Below are positions 21,963 through 31,922 of a stretch of DNA of 64,000 nt, one piece after another. Every line of letters begins with the position of its first letter. The stretch's first letter is position 1. The translations under genes were made by a program, and so were the position numbers. The stretch comes from Naegleria gruberi (taxonomy: Eukaryota). Location of the stretch: assembly GCA_000004985.1 (NCBI GenBank), contig GG738867.1, one strand, 5' to 3'. The notes beneath the pieces are model-generated. The model worked only from the letters and a program-made list of their open reading frames with translations, had not been told where the DNA came from and ran no database searches.

Positions 21963-24900
21963 TTAATGTTTCACTTTATTAACCATTTTTTTATCCTTTT
22001 TCATTTTGAGATCCTCTTTTACCTCTTTTAGCTTCTTAACAAGCTCATCAAAGTCCTTAATTCCATTGGAGAGATCTAAGTTATTGCATTTTCTTCCCTT
22101 TGGAGATTTTTGTTTTTTGCAAGGAGAACCACCACCACTACTTGTTGCATTTCTATTAGGACTACTACTAGTACATGATGCTGTATTGCTATTATTTTGA
22201 ATGGTGATAACTGCTTGTGATGATGGTACCTCATTTCCGCACATTGGGGTTGCTTGTACTGTTAGAGTTTCTTCTGTTTCTTGTCTTGGAGATGAGTCTT
22301 GCTTTGGAATGTCTTGTTCTATCTGGTCTTGAACATCTTTATACAAGGTCAGAGTTTCCATAACTGTTGGAATATTTGGATTAATATAATATGGACCAGT
22401 GGATGTACTGTCGATATTTACACCTAATTTCATGGAATGATTGTTTTCCTCGAATGAAAATTCTTGTGAATTTGAGGAATGTTCAATGTAATCATATGAG
22501 ATGGGTTGATCCAATTGAGTAATAATAATGGTTTCAGTTACATTCTTTTCTTCCTGTTTTGGAATGGTTTCCCATGAAACAAGTTCAAAATTCTCATATG
22601 ATTCTTCGATTTCTTTCGTTTCTACTGTAGGGTCAATTGTTTCATTAATAATATCAGATGAAAAGGCTTCTAATTTGCATAATGCATCATAGAGATGGTC
22701 CTGAACCAACGAAATGTCAAGTTTTAGCATTTGTTCAACATTTCCATTCTCCTCTGTCAATTGATACAAAGCATTAATTTTGTCAATTGTTTCAGTATTT
22801 GCACAAGCGGCTATTTTGTCAACCATTACCCCAGTTTCAGATCTGACTAGTTCTTTGAGAGTTTCGTTTGTTCCGTTTTCAATTTGCTTCTTTGCTATTG
22901 ATTTCACACATGTTGTGGGTTCAATTTCTTGATTCTTATCATTAATCTTTGCTACAAACTTGCAACAAAGTTCATTATTGAATTTCATCACTTCCTCTCT
23001 TGATGGAAGATTATTAAGGGAAGTTTCCAATTTTCCAAGATTAACATTCTCTTTAATAATCTGTGAAATATTATTTTGTAAATCATCCACATATTGTTTA
23101 ATCTTGGTATCCACTTCCTCTTTTGTAGCTATCATCTTGATCTCATCAGTTAATGTTGCTAATTCGGATTGGTTGGTGTCTAATTTGTGAGCTATTTCAT
23201 CTGCAACAAGTTGTTGAAGAGTGTCAAGTGTGCTCTTCATTTCTTTATGGAGATTCTTTTCACTTGAATTAACAAGCTCATTTGTTTCATTGATGGACTT
23301 GCCAAGATGTTCAAAATGTGTTGAAAGGTGATTATCTAGTAAATTCGTTGTTTCAAATTTGGTCGAAATGAAATTCTCCAGATTATCAACTTTGGTGCGG
23401 AGTGCTTCATGTTTTTCTGAAATGATTTGATTTGTTTCACTAATCATTGTTTGAAGTGAATCTTTAAGAGTTTCTACAAATGTTTGCTTAGTTTCGTTAA
23501 GCATTGTTGGAAGATTGTGTAATGGTTTAAGATATGTATTGGATGTTTCTTTTGAAAGATTTTCCAAATCTGAAACATTCTTTGTTAATTTCGAAAGAGT
23601 ATGGCTTGATTCTGTAACTATTTTTGTGGATTCAGTTATAGACTTCTGGTTCTCTTCAACTGTTTTGTTTGTTTTTTCAAGCGTTGTTTGAAGAGTTTCT
23701 AATGGTTGTTTAATCTGGTTGACCACTTCCTCTTCGGTAAGTATCATCTTTACCTCTTCAGTTAATTGATTCAATGCAGAGGTTACAGAGTTATGAGTTT
23801 CTTTGCTATTAGTCAAAATACTATTATTAAATCTTTCCAATTTGGAAACTACCAAATCAGTGGAATCCTTTCCAACACTTGAAATGAATTTCTCAAGATT
23901 ATCAACTTTAGAACAAAGTGCACTGCTGAACTCAGTTATTCTAAAGCGTTCTAAAGTGGTAGTTGCACTAATCAAACCTGTCAATTTTGAGGCGACAGAG
24001 TTCTGGTTCTCTACAATGGCTTGTTTGGATTCATTAAGAAATGTTGGAAGATTTTCCAATGGTTTTAGATATTTCTTGGTAGTTTCTAATTGTTGTTCAG
24101 TAATCTTTCCCATATCTTTTTCTATTATATCCAAACTGGAGTTTACAATTTCCTGATATAGTTTCAAAGTTTCCATTTCTGATTCTAATGTGGAAACTAT
24201 GGTCGAACTTTCTTTGGTAACAATCTGTTGGACACTTTCAAGTTTGCTCTTCATTTCTTTATGAAGCACTTGATTCGTATCATCAATCTTTGCTACAAAC
24301 TTGCAACAAAGTTCATTGTTGAATTTCATCACTTCCTCTCGTGATGGAAGATTATTAAGGGAATTTTCCAATTTTCCAAGATTAACATTCTCTTTAATAA
24401 TCTGTGAAAGATTATTCTGTAAATCATCCACATGTTTTTTAATCTTGTTGACCACTTCCTCTTCGGTAACTATCATCTTGACCTCTTCAGTTAATTGATT
24501 CAATGCAGAGGTTACAGAGTTTTGAGTTTCTTTGCTATTAGTCAAAATACTGTTATTGAATCTTTCCAATTTGGAAACTACCAAATCGGTGGACTCCTTT
24601 GCAATCTTGGTAATTGCTTCAGTTTGACTCTTACCAACCCTTGAAATGGAATTCTCAAGATTATCAACTTTTGAAGAAATTTCAATTATTCTTCTATTGG
24701 TTTCTTCAATCTTTTTCGTTTCAACAAGATTTGACTCTAAATTGGTAGAAATGGATTTCTCAAGATTATCAACTTTAGTGCTGAGTGTTTCGTGTTCTGC
24801 TGAAATGATTTGATTTGTTTCATTAACCATTGTTTGAAGTGAATCTACAAACATTTGCTTAGTTTCGTTAAGCATTGTTGGAAGATTTTCTAATGATTTA

Positions 24901-26273
24901 AGATAGGTACTAGATGTTTCTTTTGAAAGACTTTCCAAATCTGAAACATTCTTTGTTAATTTCGAAAGAGTTTGACTTGATTCTGTAACTATTTTTGTGG
25001 ATTCAGTTATAGACCTATGGTTCTCTTCCACTTTTTTGTTTGTTTTTTCAAGCAGAGTTTCTATTGGTACAAGATATTTCTTGGCTGTTTCTAATTGTTG
25101 TCCAACATCTTTTGCTATTGTATCCAAACTGGAGTTTACAGATTCATGATATAGTTTCAAAGTTTCCATTTCTGATTCTAATCTAGAAGCTATGGTTGAA
25201 CCTTCATTGGTAACAATTTGTTGGACACTTTCAAGTGTGCTCTTCATTTCTGTATGGAAATTCTTTTCACTTGAATCAACAAGCTCCTTTATGAGTTGGG
25301 TAATGTTCTTATCCAAGTCGTCATGTTTTTTTTCAAGCTGGTGACCAAGTTTAACAGCGCCAAGGAAAGAATTGGCAATTTTTTCTTCAAGATATTTCTT
25401 TGTATTTTCTAGTTCTGAACTTTGATTTGTAGTATTCTTATTGACAGTAGAAACTAAGTCTGAAACATAGTTCCCCAATGTTTGTGTTTCTTTCTTAATT
25501 TCTGTTATCCTTTCACATTGGGAGCTATGAAGAGAAGTGACCTCCCATTGGAGTTTGTACCAAAACATTGCGATTGCTATCAAGAGTACTGAGAAGGGTA
25601 CTATTTGCAAACTATTAGATGAATAGTTTGAGGAACTTGATTCAGGGTTACTAAGGAATGAATAAAAGTTAGACAATTCGGCACCAATGAGTGGTAGATT
25701 CTCTGTTTTACCAAATTGACTCTTGATCCAATAAACTATCTCGTCTTTGGAATCTTTTCTCAAAAAGTTGTCAATAACATTTGGTTTTAGTTGATAACTC
25801 TTTGAAAAGTATGAAACTGAAAAGTATTCAAGCAGCTTTCTGACAATTGCTGAAGATTGATCACTTCCAAACTTGGTTGTGATATGATACTCTTTCTCCA
25901 GCACTGACACATTAGCCTTGATCATGAAGGGATTAAAGAACAAGTCCTTCTTGGCCATCTGCTTGTGAACAGTCATGGCATCTTCCTTATTAAGTGAACA
26001 GAAATCCTTAGTGTTGATCACTTGTTGGGAGATGTGATTATCAAAGATTGATGCCGAAAGCTGACCACTCTTGAAACAATCAAAATTGAAGCAGAATTCT
26101 TGAAGGGATCTAATGTTCCTCTCATAGAGAATGTTCTTAATAATTCTGGAGCAACAGGTGCTGTGAGGATTGAAGGTACATTCTGATAGGACGTCCTCCA
26201 CTTTCTTGGCTTGCGAGATTTTGCTGCCGAAAAACAAGATTACAAGCAGTAGGAGAAGGATCTTTGCGATCAT
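21963..26273 (-). CDS. Giant (1436 aa) signal-peptide plus transmembrane coiled-coil protein with internally duplicated modules.
   Basis: N-terminal MIAKILLLLLVILFFGSKISQA (signal or anchor). A Cys-containing about 200-aa domain follows. TM segment LQIVPFSVLLIAIAMFWYKL. Then about 1000 aa of heptad-like E/K/T/S-rich coiled coil containing repeated modules (TDLVVSKLERFNNSILTNSKET..., VDDLQNN.SQIIKENVNLGKLE...CCKFVAKI.D). A basic Cys-containing tail closes the protein. Confidence 0.7.
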   Translation of the reverse strand: MIAKILLLLLVILFFGSKISQAKKVEDVLSECTFNPHSTCCSRIIKNILYERNIRSLQEFCFNFDCFKSGQLSASIFDNHISQQVINTKDFCSLNKEDAMTVHKQMAKKDLFFNPFMIKANVSVLEKEYHITTKFGSDQSSAIVRKLLEYFSVSYFSKSYQLKPNVIDNFLRKDSKDEIVYWIKSQFGKTENLPLIGAELSNFYSFLSNPESSSSNYSSNSLQIVPFSVLLIAIAMFWYKLQWEVTSLHSSQCERITEIKKETQTLGNYVSDLVSTVNKNTTNQSSELENTKKYLEEKIANSFLGAVKLGHQLEKKHDDLDKNITQLIKELVDSSEKNFHTEMKSTLESVQQIVTNEGSTIASRLESEMETLKLYHESVNSSLDTIAKDVGQQLETAKKYLVPIETLLEKTNKKVEENHRSITESTKIVTESSQTLSKLTKNVSDLESLSKETSSTYLKSLENLPTMLNETKQMFVDSLQTMVNETNQIISAEHETLSTKVDNLEKSISTNLESNLVETKKIEETNRRIIEISSKVDNLENSISRVGKSQTEAITKIAKESTDLVVSKLERFNNSILTNSKETQNSVTSALNQLTEEVKMIVTEEEVVNKIKKHVDDLQNNLSQIIKENVNLGKLENSLNNLPSREEVMKFNNELCCKFVAKIDDTNQVLHKEMKSKLESVQQIVTKESSTIVSTLESEMETLKLYQEIVNSSLDIIEKDMGKITEQQLETTKKYLKPLENLPTFLNESKQAIVENQNSVASKLTGLISATTTLERFRITEFSSALCSKVDNLEKFISSVGKDSTDLVVSKLERFNNSILTNSKETHNSVTSALNQLTEEVKMILTEEEVVNQIKQPLETLQTTLEKTNKTVEENQKSITESTKIVTESSHTLSKLTKNVSDLENLSKETSNTYLKPLHNLPTMLNETKQTFVETLKDSLQTMISETNQIISEKHEALRTKVDNLENFISTKFETTNLLDNHLSTHFEHLGKSINETNELVNSSEKNLHKEMKSTLDTLQQLVADEIAHKLDTNQSELATLTDEIKMIATKEEVDTKIKQYVDDLQNNISQIIKENVNLGKLETSLNNLPSREEVMKFNNELCCKFVAKINDKNQEIEPTTCVKSIAKKQIENGTNETLKELVRSETGVMVDKIAACANTETIDKINALYQLTEENGNVEQMLKLDISLVQDHLYDALCKLEAFSSDIINETIDPTVETKEIEESYENFELVSWETIPKQEEKNVTETIIITQLDQPISYDYIEHSSNSQEFSFEENNHSMKLGVNIDSTSTGPYYINPNIPTVMETLTLYKDVQDQIEQDIPKQDSSPRQETEETLTVQATPMCGNEVPSSQAVITIQNNSNTASCTSSSPNRNATSSGGGSPCKKQKSPKGRKCNNLDLSNGIKDFDELVKKLKEVKEDLKMKKDKKMVNKVKH
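22900..25300. repeat. Intragenic mosaic duplications at about 95% nucleotide identity. For example, 22961-23190 and 24301-24530 are near-identical, offset by 1341 bp.
   Basis: Direct comparison of the two stretches shows only scattered substitutions. Antisense ORF-track artefacts 22960..23190 and 24301..24498 encode near-identical peptides. The protein-level modules recur in a different order, so this is not a simple tandem array. Confidence 0.7.
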
Positions 26274-26553
26274 ACTGATGTTGATTTTTTTTGTTGTTGA
26301 AAATTTTGATTAAGGAGCGAAGACTTTTGTCTATTTAAGGAAAAGTAATAGGAATGCAGTTTTGTAAAGTTGTTGCCCTTTTGAGGGACTTTTGGAGGAG
26401 GGTGGAACAAAAATTGCACAATTACAAAGCAAGTTCATTAGCCAATGACAAATGCTCAAATCTCTGTTTTAAATTACAAGCTTTTTTTTTGCCCAATTTA
26501 GGTAATCGAATTCTATACAACAAGAGTAAAGCAGAATTTACTTTGAAGAATAT

Positions 26554-29088
26554 TTATTTTAATAAAGCACTCAACATTGCTTCTTGAGATCCTTTGAGGA
26601 AAAGTAATGAATTACCAATTTTGTAATCAGACTTTTCTTGCAATTTGTGTTCTTCTAAAATGGTAAGGGTATTTTGTTTGGCATCCTTTCCAAGTTTTGA
26701 TGAAGAAACAAGTGATGAAAATCTCTCCACAAATTTTTCAAATGTAAACTTTGATGAATAGCCCTTTCTAGCCAATTTAATCATTTCCAAAATTCCATAA
26801 TTTCTAACTTGTTTTTGGACAAGTTTGTCATTGAAAGCAAGAGAGCTACCAGCACTGCTGTTACGAATGCAAATGACTGGATAGGTATACTTGGTGGAGG
26901 AAATGTGTTTCAATAGGAGTTCAACATTTTTCACATAGATGTCGGAGGCAAACTCTACAGAATTGGAACCTTGCAATAATTCAGAGTAAACTGTTTGAAC
27001 AATGGTATTCTTTGAGTTTTTGGCTAAGAATTCTTTGGATTGTTGAGGAATGGAGCTGATTGGATACACTGCCTGTTGGAACCAATCAATAACCTTATAA
27101 GTGACCTTGCCATTGAAATGTCCTAAAGAGAATTCCATATCAACAAGATTTGGTTTGAAGAGTTTGCTAACTTGTTCAGATTTTCCAGAGAACATTTTTG
27201 TGAGCTCTTGAATTATTGCTCCTTCATCGGATCCCTTGTACATGCTGTTAGTTTCCTTCTTGATAATAGTGAAAACTCCATCATTGGTATCCTCAATGGT
27301 GCTCAACAGAATTGATTTGGAGTTGAATGGAGAGAAATCAATTGGTTTCCAATCAATATTCTCTGATTTGTAAATTTCTTGTTCTTGATTGAATAACTTG
27401 TCGTGAATCAATTCTTTGAATCTTTCATTTGCATAATTGACCAATAATTGTTCCAAACCATTGTATTTTACACCTCTTTGAGCATCTACACCTGTTGCAA
27501 TGCTTTCAAATCCTGTACCAATATCGATGAGTGAAATTTCTCTATTGCACTCTGGATTCTTCAACATGTCATTAATGTTCTTTACAATCCATTCGAATAA
27601 TCCATTATAAAGAGTCATGACCATCAAATCTCTATAGTGAGAAGCTTGCTTGGCATTGACAAAGGTATCAACAAAGCTGTCACCAACAGCAACCGTTGGT
27701 TTTATCATTGTGAATAATAATTCCTTATCATCAACACCCAACAATCTTGTAGCTCTATAGAATGAAGCAAAACTATTTTCACTCAACTTGGTCATTGCAC
27801 TGGTATTTGATTCATTTTCAACAAAGTCACAATTATTTAAATGTAAAAGAGCGCACAAAATCTTGGTAACATCTCCAATATTAGTTTCAGTAAAACCAAC
27901 ATTGAGGAAGAGCTTTTCTACAGCAGATGAAAAACTTGTCTTTTGTTCGAGTTCCTTATTCAACAATTGAGTGAGTTTGAATTTGGTTTTCAATTTTTCA
28001 TCGGCCAACATTTGGTAAAACACTTGGAAATTATTAATAAATCCAGATTTGTAGTCAGTCTCTTCGACTGGAATACCTTCCTTCTCAGAAATCTTTTCCA
28101 TCACCCTCACCACTGCACGACTCATTTCCAAATTGAAACATTCGAAATGAGCACCAGTGAGTGAAGAATTGGTAAATTGCAAACCAATTTTTTTAGAAAC
28201 TCTGCTACTATACTTGGATTGCTCAGTTGATGAACTTGAAAAGAGTTCAATAATTTTCAAAGCATCACTTGCCTTTGAGACAATCTTGCTATTGGTCAAT
28301 TCTCCAAAAGAATCTAATAATAATTTTACAGTAGTTGATTTTCCAGAATTACTATCACCAAGTAGAATAATTGATTGATTTTCACCTGTTGAATTCAATT
28401 TGCTAAAAACTTGATTGGGTAATTTTTGTGAAATTTTTCCATCTCGTAAATTATTAACAGAATTTGAAATGATTGATGCAAATCCACCACAATCAGTAAA
28501 CACCAAAGGATTCCTATTATCTTCTAATCTAGATTTTAAATGATGTAAAATACAAGGTTCATTAACATGAGTCAATTGTGTCAAATCTTCCAACTTGGAC
28601 ATTCCAGGAGGATTCATAAACATGACACCCATCACAGGTACCTGAGCAATTTTCTTTTTAGGATCAGAAATATTCAACAATTCAACATTGACAACATTTC
28701 CATTTCTTTCCATCAACTTTCCCATTTGAAATAATTGATTTTGAACTTGTTGTTGTGGTTTTAAATCAGAACTCAATACCCAAACATGATTATCTCCAAA
28801 TTCTTGATCACTCAAAAGTTGTGAAAATAATTTTGTACTTTTCAATGGTGAAGATGAAGAAGATGAAGCATTGGAACTTGTTTTAAAAATTGGATGAGCT
28901 TTGGAACGTGAACGGAGGTTATTTTCTGAAGAATCCGAGAGTGAATTCTTATCATTGTCGAGACCTTGTGTTTTTTGGAGCAGTTGCTTACGACGAGCTG
29001 ATGAAGAAACTGGAGAGGAATCGTTTGCTGATGACATTTTTTTTGATTGTTGATTGATGAAGGTTTTTAGTCCAATTTTGTAAGACAT
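26554..29088 (-). CDS. Myosin motor (head) domain protein with no neck or tail encoded and with degenerate ATPase motifs.
   Basis: Myosin head signatures: NPPGMSKLEDLTQLTHVNEPCILHHLKSRL, EQLLVNYANERFKELIHDKLFNQEQEIYKSENIDWKPIDF and LIDIGTGFESI (switch II-like). P-loop is GDSNSGKS (consensus GESGAGKT). Switch I is KYSSRVSKK (consensus NSSRFGK). The ORF stops right after the converter-like end, GNSLLFLKGSQEAMLSALLK. Likely start Met at 29037. Confidence 0.7.
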   Translation of the reverse strand: MSYKIGLKTFINQQSKKMSSANDSSPVSSSARRKQLLQKTQGLDNDKNSLSDSSENNLRSRSKAHPIFKTSSNASSSSSSPLKSTKLFSQLLSDQEFGDNHVWVLSSDLKPQQQVQNQLFQMGKLMERNGNVVNVELLNISDPKKKIAQVPVMGVMFMNPPGMSKLEDLTQLTHVNEPCILHHLKSRLEDNRNPLVFTDCGGFASIISNSVNNLRDGKISQKLPNQVFSKLNSTGENQSIILLGDSNSGKSTTVKLLLDSFGELTNSKIVSKASDALKIIELFSSSSTEQSKYSSRVSKKIGLQFTNSSLTGAHFECFNLEMSRAVVRVMEKISEKEGIPVEETDYKSGFINNFQVFYQMLADEKLKTKFKLTQLLNKELEQKTSFSSAVEKLFLNVGFTETNIGDVTKILCALLHLNNCDFVENESNTSAMTKLSENSFASFYRATRLLGVDDKELLFTMIKPTVAVGDSFVDTFVNAKQASHYRDLMVMTLYNGLFEWIVKNINDMLKNPECNREISLIDIGTGFESIATGVDAQRGVKYNGLEQLLVNYANERFKELIHDKLFNQEQEIYKSENIDWKPIDFSPFNSKSILLSTIEDTNDGVFTIIKKETNSMYKGSDEGAIIQELTKMFSGKSEQVSKLFKPNLVDMEFSLGHFNGKVTYKVIDWFQQAVYPISSIPQQSKEFLAKNSKNTIVQTVYSELLQGSNSVEFASDIYVKNVELLLKHISSTKYTYPVICIRNSSAGSSLAFNDKLVQKQVRNYGILEMIKLARKGYSSKFTFEKFVERFSSLVSSSKLGKDAKQNTLTILEEHKLQEKSDYKIGNSLLFLKGSQEAMLSALLK

Positions 29089-29251
29089 TCATCAAATCAA
29101 CTAATTAAATTCTATCAATGAAATCTGGAGAAGAAGAAACTTGCTTTCAATACTGTCCAATTCGATTAATTCTCTTGACAATTGACTCATCATGATTTGT
29201 TATTAAATTTTGCAATTAATTTTAAAATTAAAAACAAGAAAAACAAAAAAA

Positions 29252-29879
29252 ATGAGCTTAAAGTCATCACAGCATCATAACGGATCATCAGCAACATCAT
29301 CTTCTAATAATCAATCATCACAACAACAACGATTATATGTCCGATATGTAGGTTTATAGTCGTTATATTAAATTATTATAATTTAGAAAAAATTAATTTA
29401 ATATTATTTTGATTAGTATGTTGGACATAAGGGAAAATATGGTCATGAATTTTTGGAAATTACTTTTCATCCCGATGGTTTATTAGAATATAAAAATAAT
29501 ACAGATTATAAAGGAGAGGGAGAAATATTGAAAACTGTAAATTTAAATAATATTGTGTTGGAGCAATTAAAGACAATAATTTTGGAATCACGTATTATGG
29601 AGTAAGTTTTGGATGTTAAATTTGGATATTAATCTGATGAATAGAGAAAGTGATCGAAAGTGGCCACTACCAGACAATATTGGAAAATCAGAATTGGAAA
29701 TTGTATTAGATAAGGAACACATTTCATTTGCCACCACTAAAATTCAAACTCTTTCCGAAGTTACCAAATCACATGATCCAGAAGGATTGAAGAACTTTTA
29801 TTATTTAACAGCTGATTTGAAAGATTTTGCACTCAACCTCATCAATATGCATCATAAACTCAAACCAATTCTGTACTAG
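29252..29879 (+). CDS. mago: Mago nashi (exon-junction complex subunit). Three exons: 29252..29347, 29417..29601, 29645..29879.
   Basis: Spliced translation gives ...[27 protein letters not shown]...LKTVNLNNIVLEQLKTIILESRIME-ESDRKWPLPDNIGKSELEIVLDKEHISFATTKIQTLSEVTKSHDPEGLKNFYYLTADLKDFALNLINMHHKLKPI. This matches the Mago nashi family essentially end to end. Introns are GTAGGT..TTAG (69 nt) and GTAAGT..ATAG (43 nt). Confidence 0.85.
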
Positions 29880-29944
29880 TAAAACAACAAATATCAAACA
29901 AATCCTGGTCGAGCATTCTTGCCTTAATTCCATTAATACTCGTA

Positions 29945-30025
29945 GCAGACTTGGCCGAGTGGTTAAGGCGACAGACTTGAAATCTGTTGGGGAAACCTTC
30001 GTAGGTTCGAATCCTGCAGTCTGCG
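29945..30025 (+). tRNA. tRNA-Ser: tRNA-Ser (anticodon UGA).
   Basis: Same scaffold as the Ser-CGA gene at 20826. The acceptor, T-arm, variable arm and 3' flank TCTGAAATTTTG are identical. Differences are confined to the D-loop and the anticodon stem-loop (CTTGAAA). Confidence 0.9.
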
Positions 30026-30157
30026 TCTGAAATTTTGTTTTAAGATATTCTAATATTTGTAACTATTGGTCTTTGTTTTTTACAATCGGGCATTTAAAGG
30101 ATTACAAAATTACTATCCAATTCTCCATCCGAAGCAGAATTGAAAGTATAAAAAAAA

Positions 30158-31200
30158 ATGCAACAAGAACAGGAGGAGGGTGATACATGTTTCGAAAGCG
30201 AACATGAGTACATCACCACACAAGATGGCTACAAAGTGTCTGGTACCTTGTTCTTTCCCATTCAACGTCATCTTGTAATTGATGAACACATGAAGACAAC
30301 TGTCATTTTATTAAGTGGAGCTATGGGAGTTCCTTCTAAATTTTATAGAGAATTTGCTAGATTTCTATGTGGAAAAACAAAATGTGTGATATCTACAATC
30401 GATTATAGANNNNNNNNNNNNNNNNNNNNNNNNNNNNNNNNNNNNNNNNNNNNNNNNNNCCATTCCAGGACTTTATTTATATTGGACACTCAATTGGTGC
30501 TCAAATACTGGCCTATTTCCCACCAGAATACTTGAAAAAACTGAGAGGAACTCTCCTAGTAGCGACACAAAGTGGTGCCCTTAAACATTGGCCATTAATT
30601 CGTCAGAGGGCAGAGTTGTACTTTTATTGGTATGTTTTTCTGCCGAGCATGACCATGCTGTATCCAAGGGAGGTTCCATTATTTGGTGTGGATAATCGAA
30701 TAATTTCAGATTGGTATGGAGCTGGTCGATGCCACAACAAGTATTTATTCGAATATTTTAATATTGGAGATGCAAAGGTTAATTCGAAACATGTATCTTG
30801 GATTTTACAAGACAAACCAGTGGTTGTATATAATGTAGATAATGATAAGTTTGCACCATATGATGCAACCATGTGGCTGACCAGAACATTTACTGAACCA
30901 AGTTTTGTTTCTGATTTGAAAATGGAATATTTCAATGACAAGTCAAAAGCTCTGCAAATAATGGATTTGAAATTTGATGGAAATGATAGAAAATTGGGAA
31001 CATTTGGAGGAAAACAAAAGATATTTTACTGTATTCGTGGCCAAGTTGCTAAAAATATTGGACATTTTAACTTTTTTAGGGAAAAGGAGGGAAAGAATGA
31101 ATGTTGGCCTCACTTGCTATCCCATTGTTTAGATTTATTAAATAATTGTGAAAATGATGATACATTAAATCCACCAACCACAAGACATAGTAAACTTTGA
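30158..31200 (+). CDS. Alpha/beta-hydrolase fold serine hydrolase with C-terminal PTS1 (-SKL), interrupted by an assembly gap.
   Basis: GHSIG nucleophile elbow (YIGHSIGAQ). C-terminal ...TTRHSKL*. Paralogue of 45097..46455. The frame changes across the 50-N gap (ORF-track 30158..30535 and 30532..31200). Confidence 0.65.
30410..30459. other. Assembly gap (50 N).
   Basis: Run of exactly 50 N characters inside the hydrolase CDS. Confidence 1.
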
Positions 31201-31221
31201 AGTGACGAGTTGGGCTTATGG

Positions 31222-31245
31222 TGAAGAAGAAGAAGAAGAAGAAGG
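31222..31245. repeat. (GAA)7 microsatellite.
   Basis: gaagaagaagaagaagaagaagg read directly from the sequence. Confidence 0.9.
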
Positions 31246-31251
31246 AACTGG

Positions 31252-31608
31252 TTGAGTAGGCAAAACTGGAAATACACCAGAATATTATTAGTATTGGAAA
31301 GTATGAAGGTATTGTGTAAAGTTCGCACAAGTAAGGTAAAAACATTAAAAAAAAATATAACCTCAACCAAATCTGTTGAAATGTTAAAGCAACAAGAGGA
31401 AGAAGCTCCAACCAATAATAAAAGAAAGACTGAAGAGCAGGTTTCTTTTGATGACTGGAAAAGAAATTTAGCAAAAGGCGTACCGAATGTATTTTATACC
31501 AACATACCAGGAGATATTGAAAAGTATCACGCAATGGAAAAGAAAGAAAATTTTATTATATTCTGTGATGAAGATGGTGATGATGATTCTGACTATGAAT
31601 ATTTTTAA
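31252..31608 (+). CDS. Hypothetical small protein with an acidic C-terminus.
   Basis: 118-aa ORF ending ...FCDEDGDDDSDYEYF. The true start may be the internal Met at about 31303. No family recognised. Confidence 0.3.
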   Translation: MSRQNWKYTRILLVLESMKVLCKVRTSKVKTLKKNITSTKSVEMLKQQEEEAPTNNKRKTEEQVSFDDWKRNLAKGVPNVFYTNIPGDIEKYHAMEKKENFIIFCDEDGDDDSDYEYF

Positions 31609-31922
31609 ATTATTGTAACTTGGTTGTGTTGATCTTAACGAATATCTGTTGTTTGATTGGCCGTATAATGAGGAGTAAGGGTAGGTCATTTGGATTTGTA
31701 AAATCTTATTAATAAAACAATTTTGTTGTGGATATTCAATCGTCTTATTTACACACAACTTTAAACACTGTTTAGAGTTTTTCAACTTTTTGAAACATCT
31801 TTCACAAACCAAATATTGACACGTTCTGAGAAAACACGTGTTGAACATGAACATTCTCTGACCAAAGAAATGCATTTTCCCAATTTGGATGTTTCCAACA
31901 GTTTTTCATCAGAAATTAAAAA

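Noticed and set aside
22960-24498. Plus-strand ORFs 22960..23190 and 24301..24498 encode near-identical 65-76-aa peptides.
   Set aside because: They are antisense to the giant minus-strand coiled-coil gene. They are similar only because they lie in its duplicated modules. No independent coding evidence.
26274-26553. Possibility that the myosin head ORF and the downstream coiled-coil ORF are one spliced myosin heavy-chain gene.
   Set aside because: There is no plausible GT donor upstream of the TAA stop. Within 10 codons upstream of the second ORF's ATG there are in-frame stops and no AG acceptor. The second ORF starts with its own hydrophobic leader. Kept as a hypothesis in the findings, not annotated as one gene.
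29827-30030. ORF 29827..30030 (+) and ORF 53468..53710 (-) share the identical C-terminal peptide RVVKATDLKSVGETFVGSNPAVCV.
   Set aside because: Both ORFs simply read through copies of the tRNA-Ser(UGA) sequence. The shared peptide is the translation of the tRNA, not a protein-coding paralogue.
31076-31875. Minus-strand ORFs 31076..31534, 31110..31415 and 31468..31875.
   Set aside because: The translations are hydrophobic and low-complexity with a nonsense character (FFFFFFF, LLLLLL). They are antisense or overlapping to the hydrolase 3' end and the small + ORF. No motifs.
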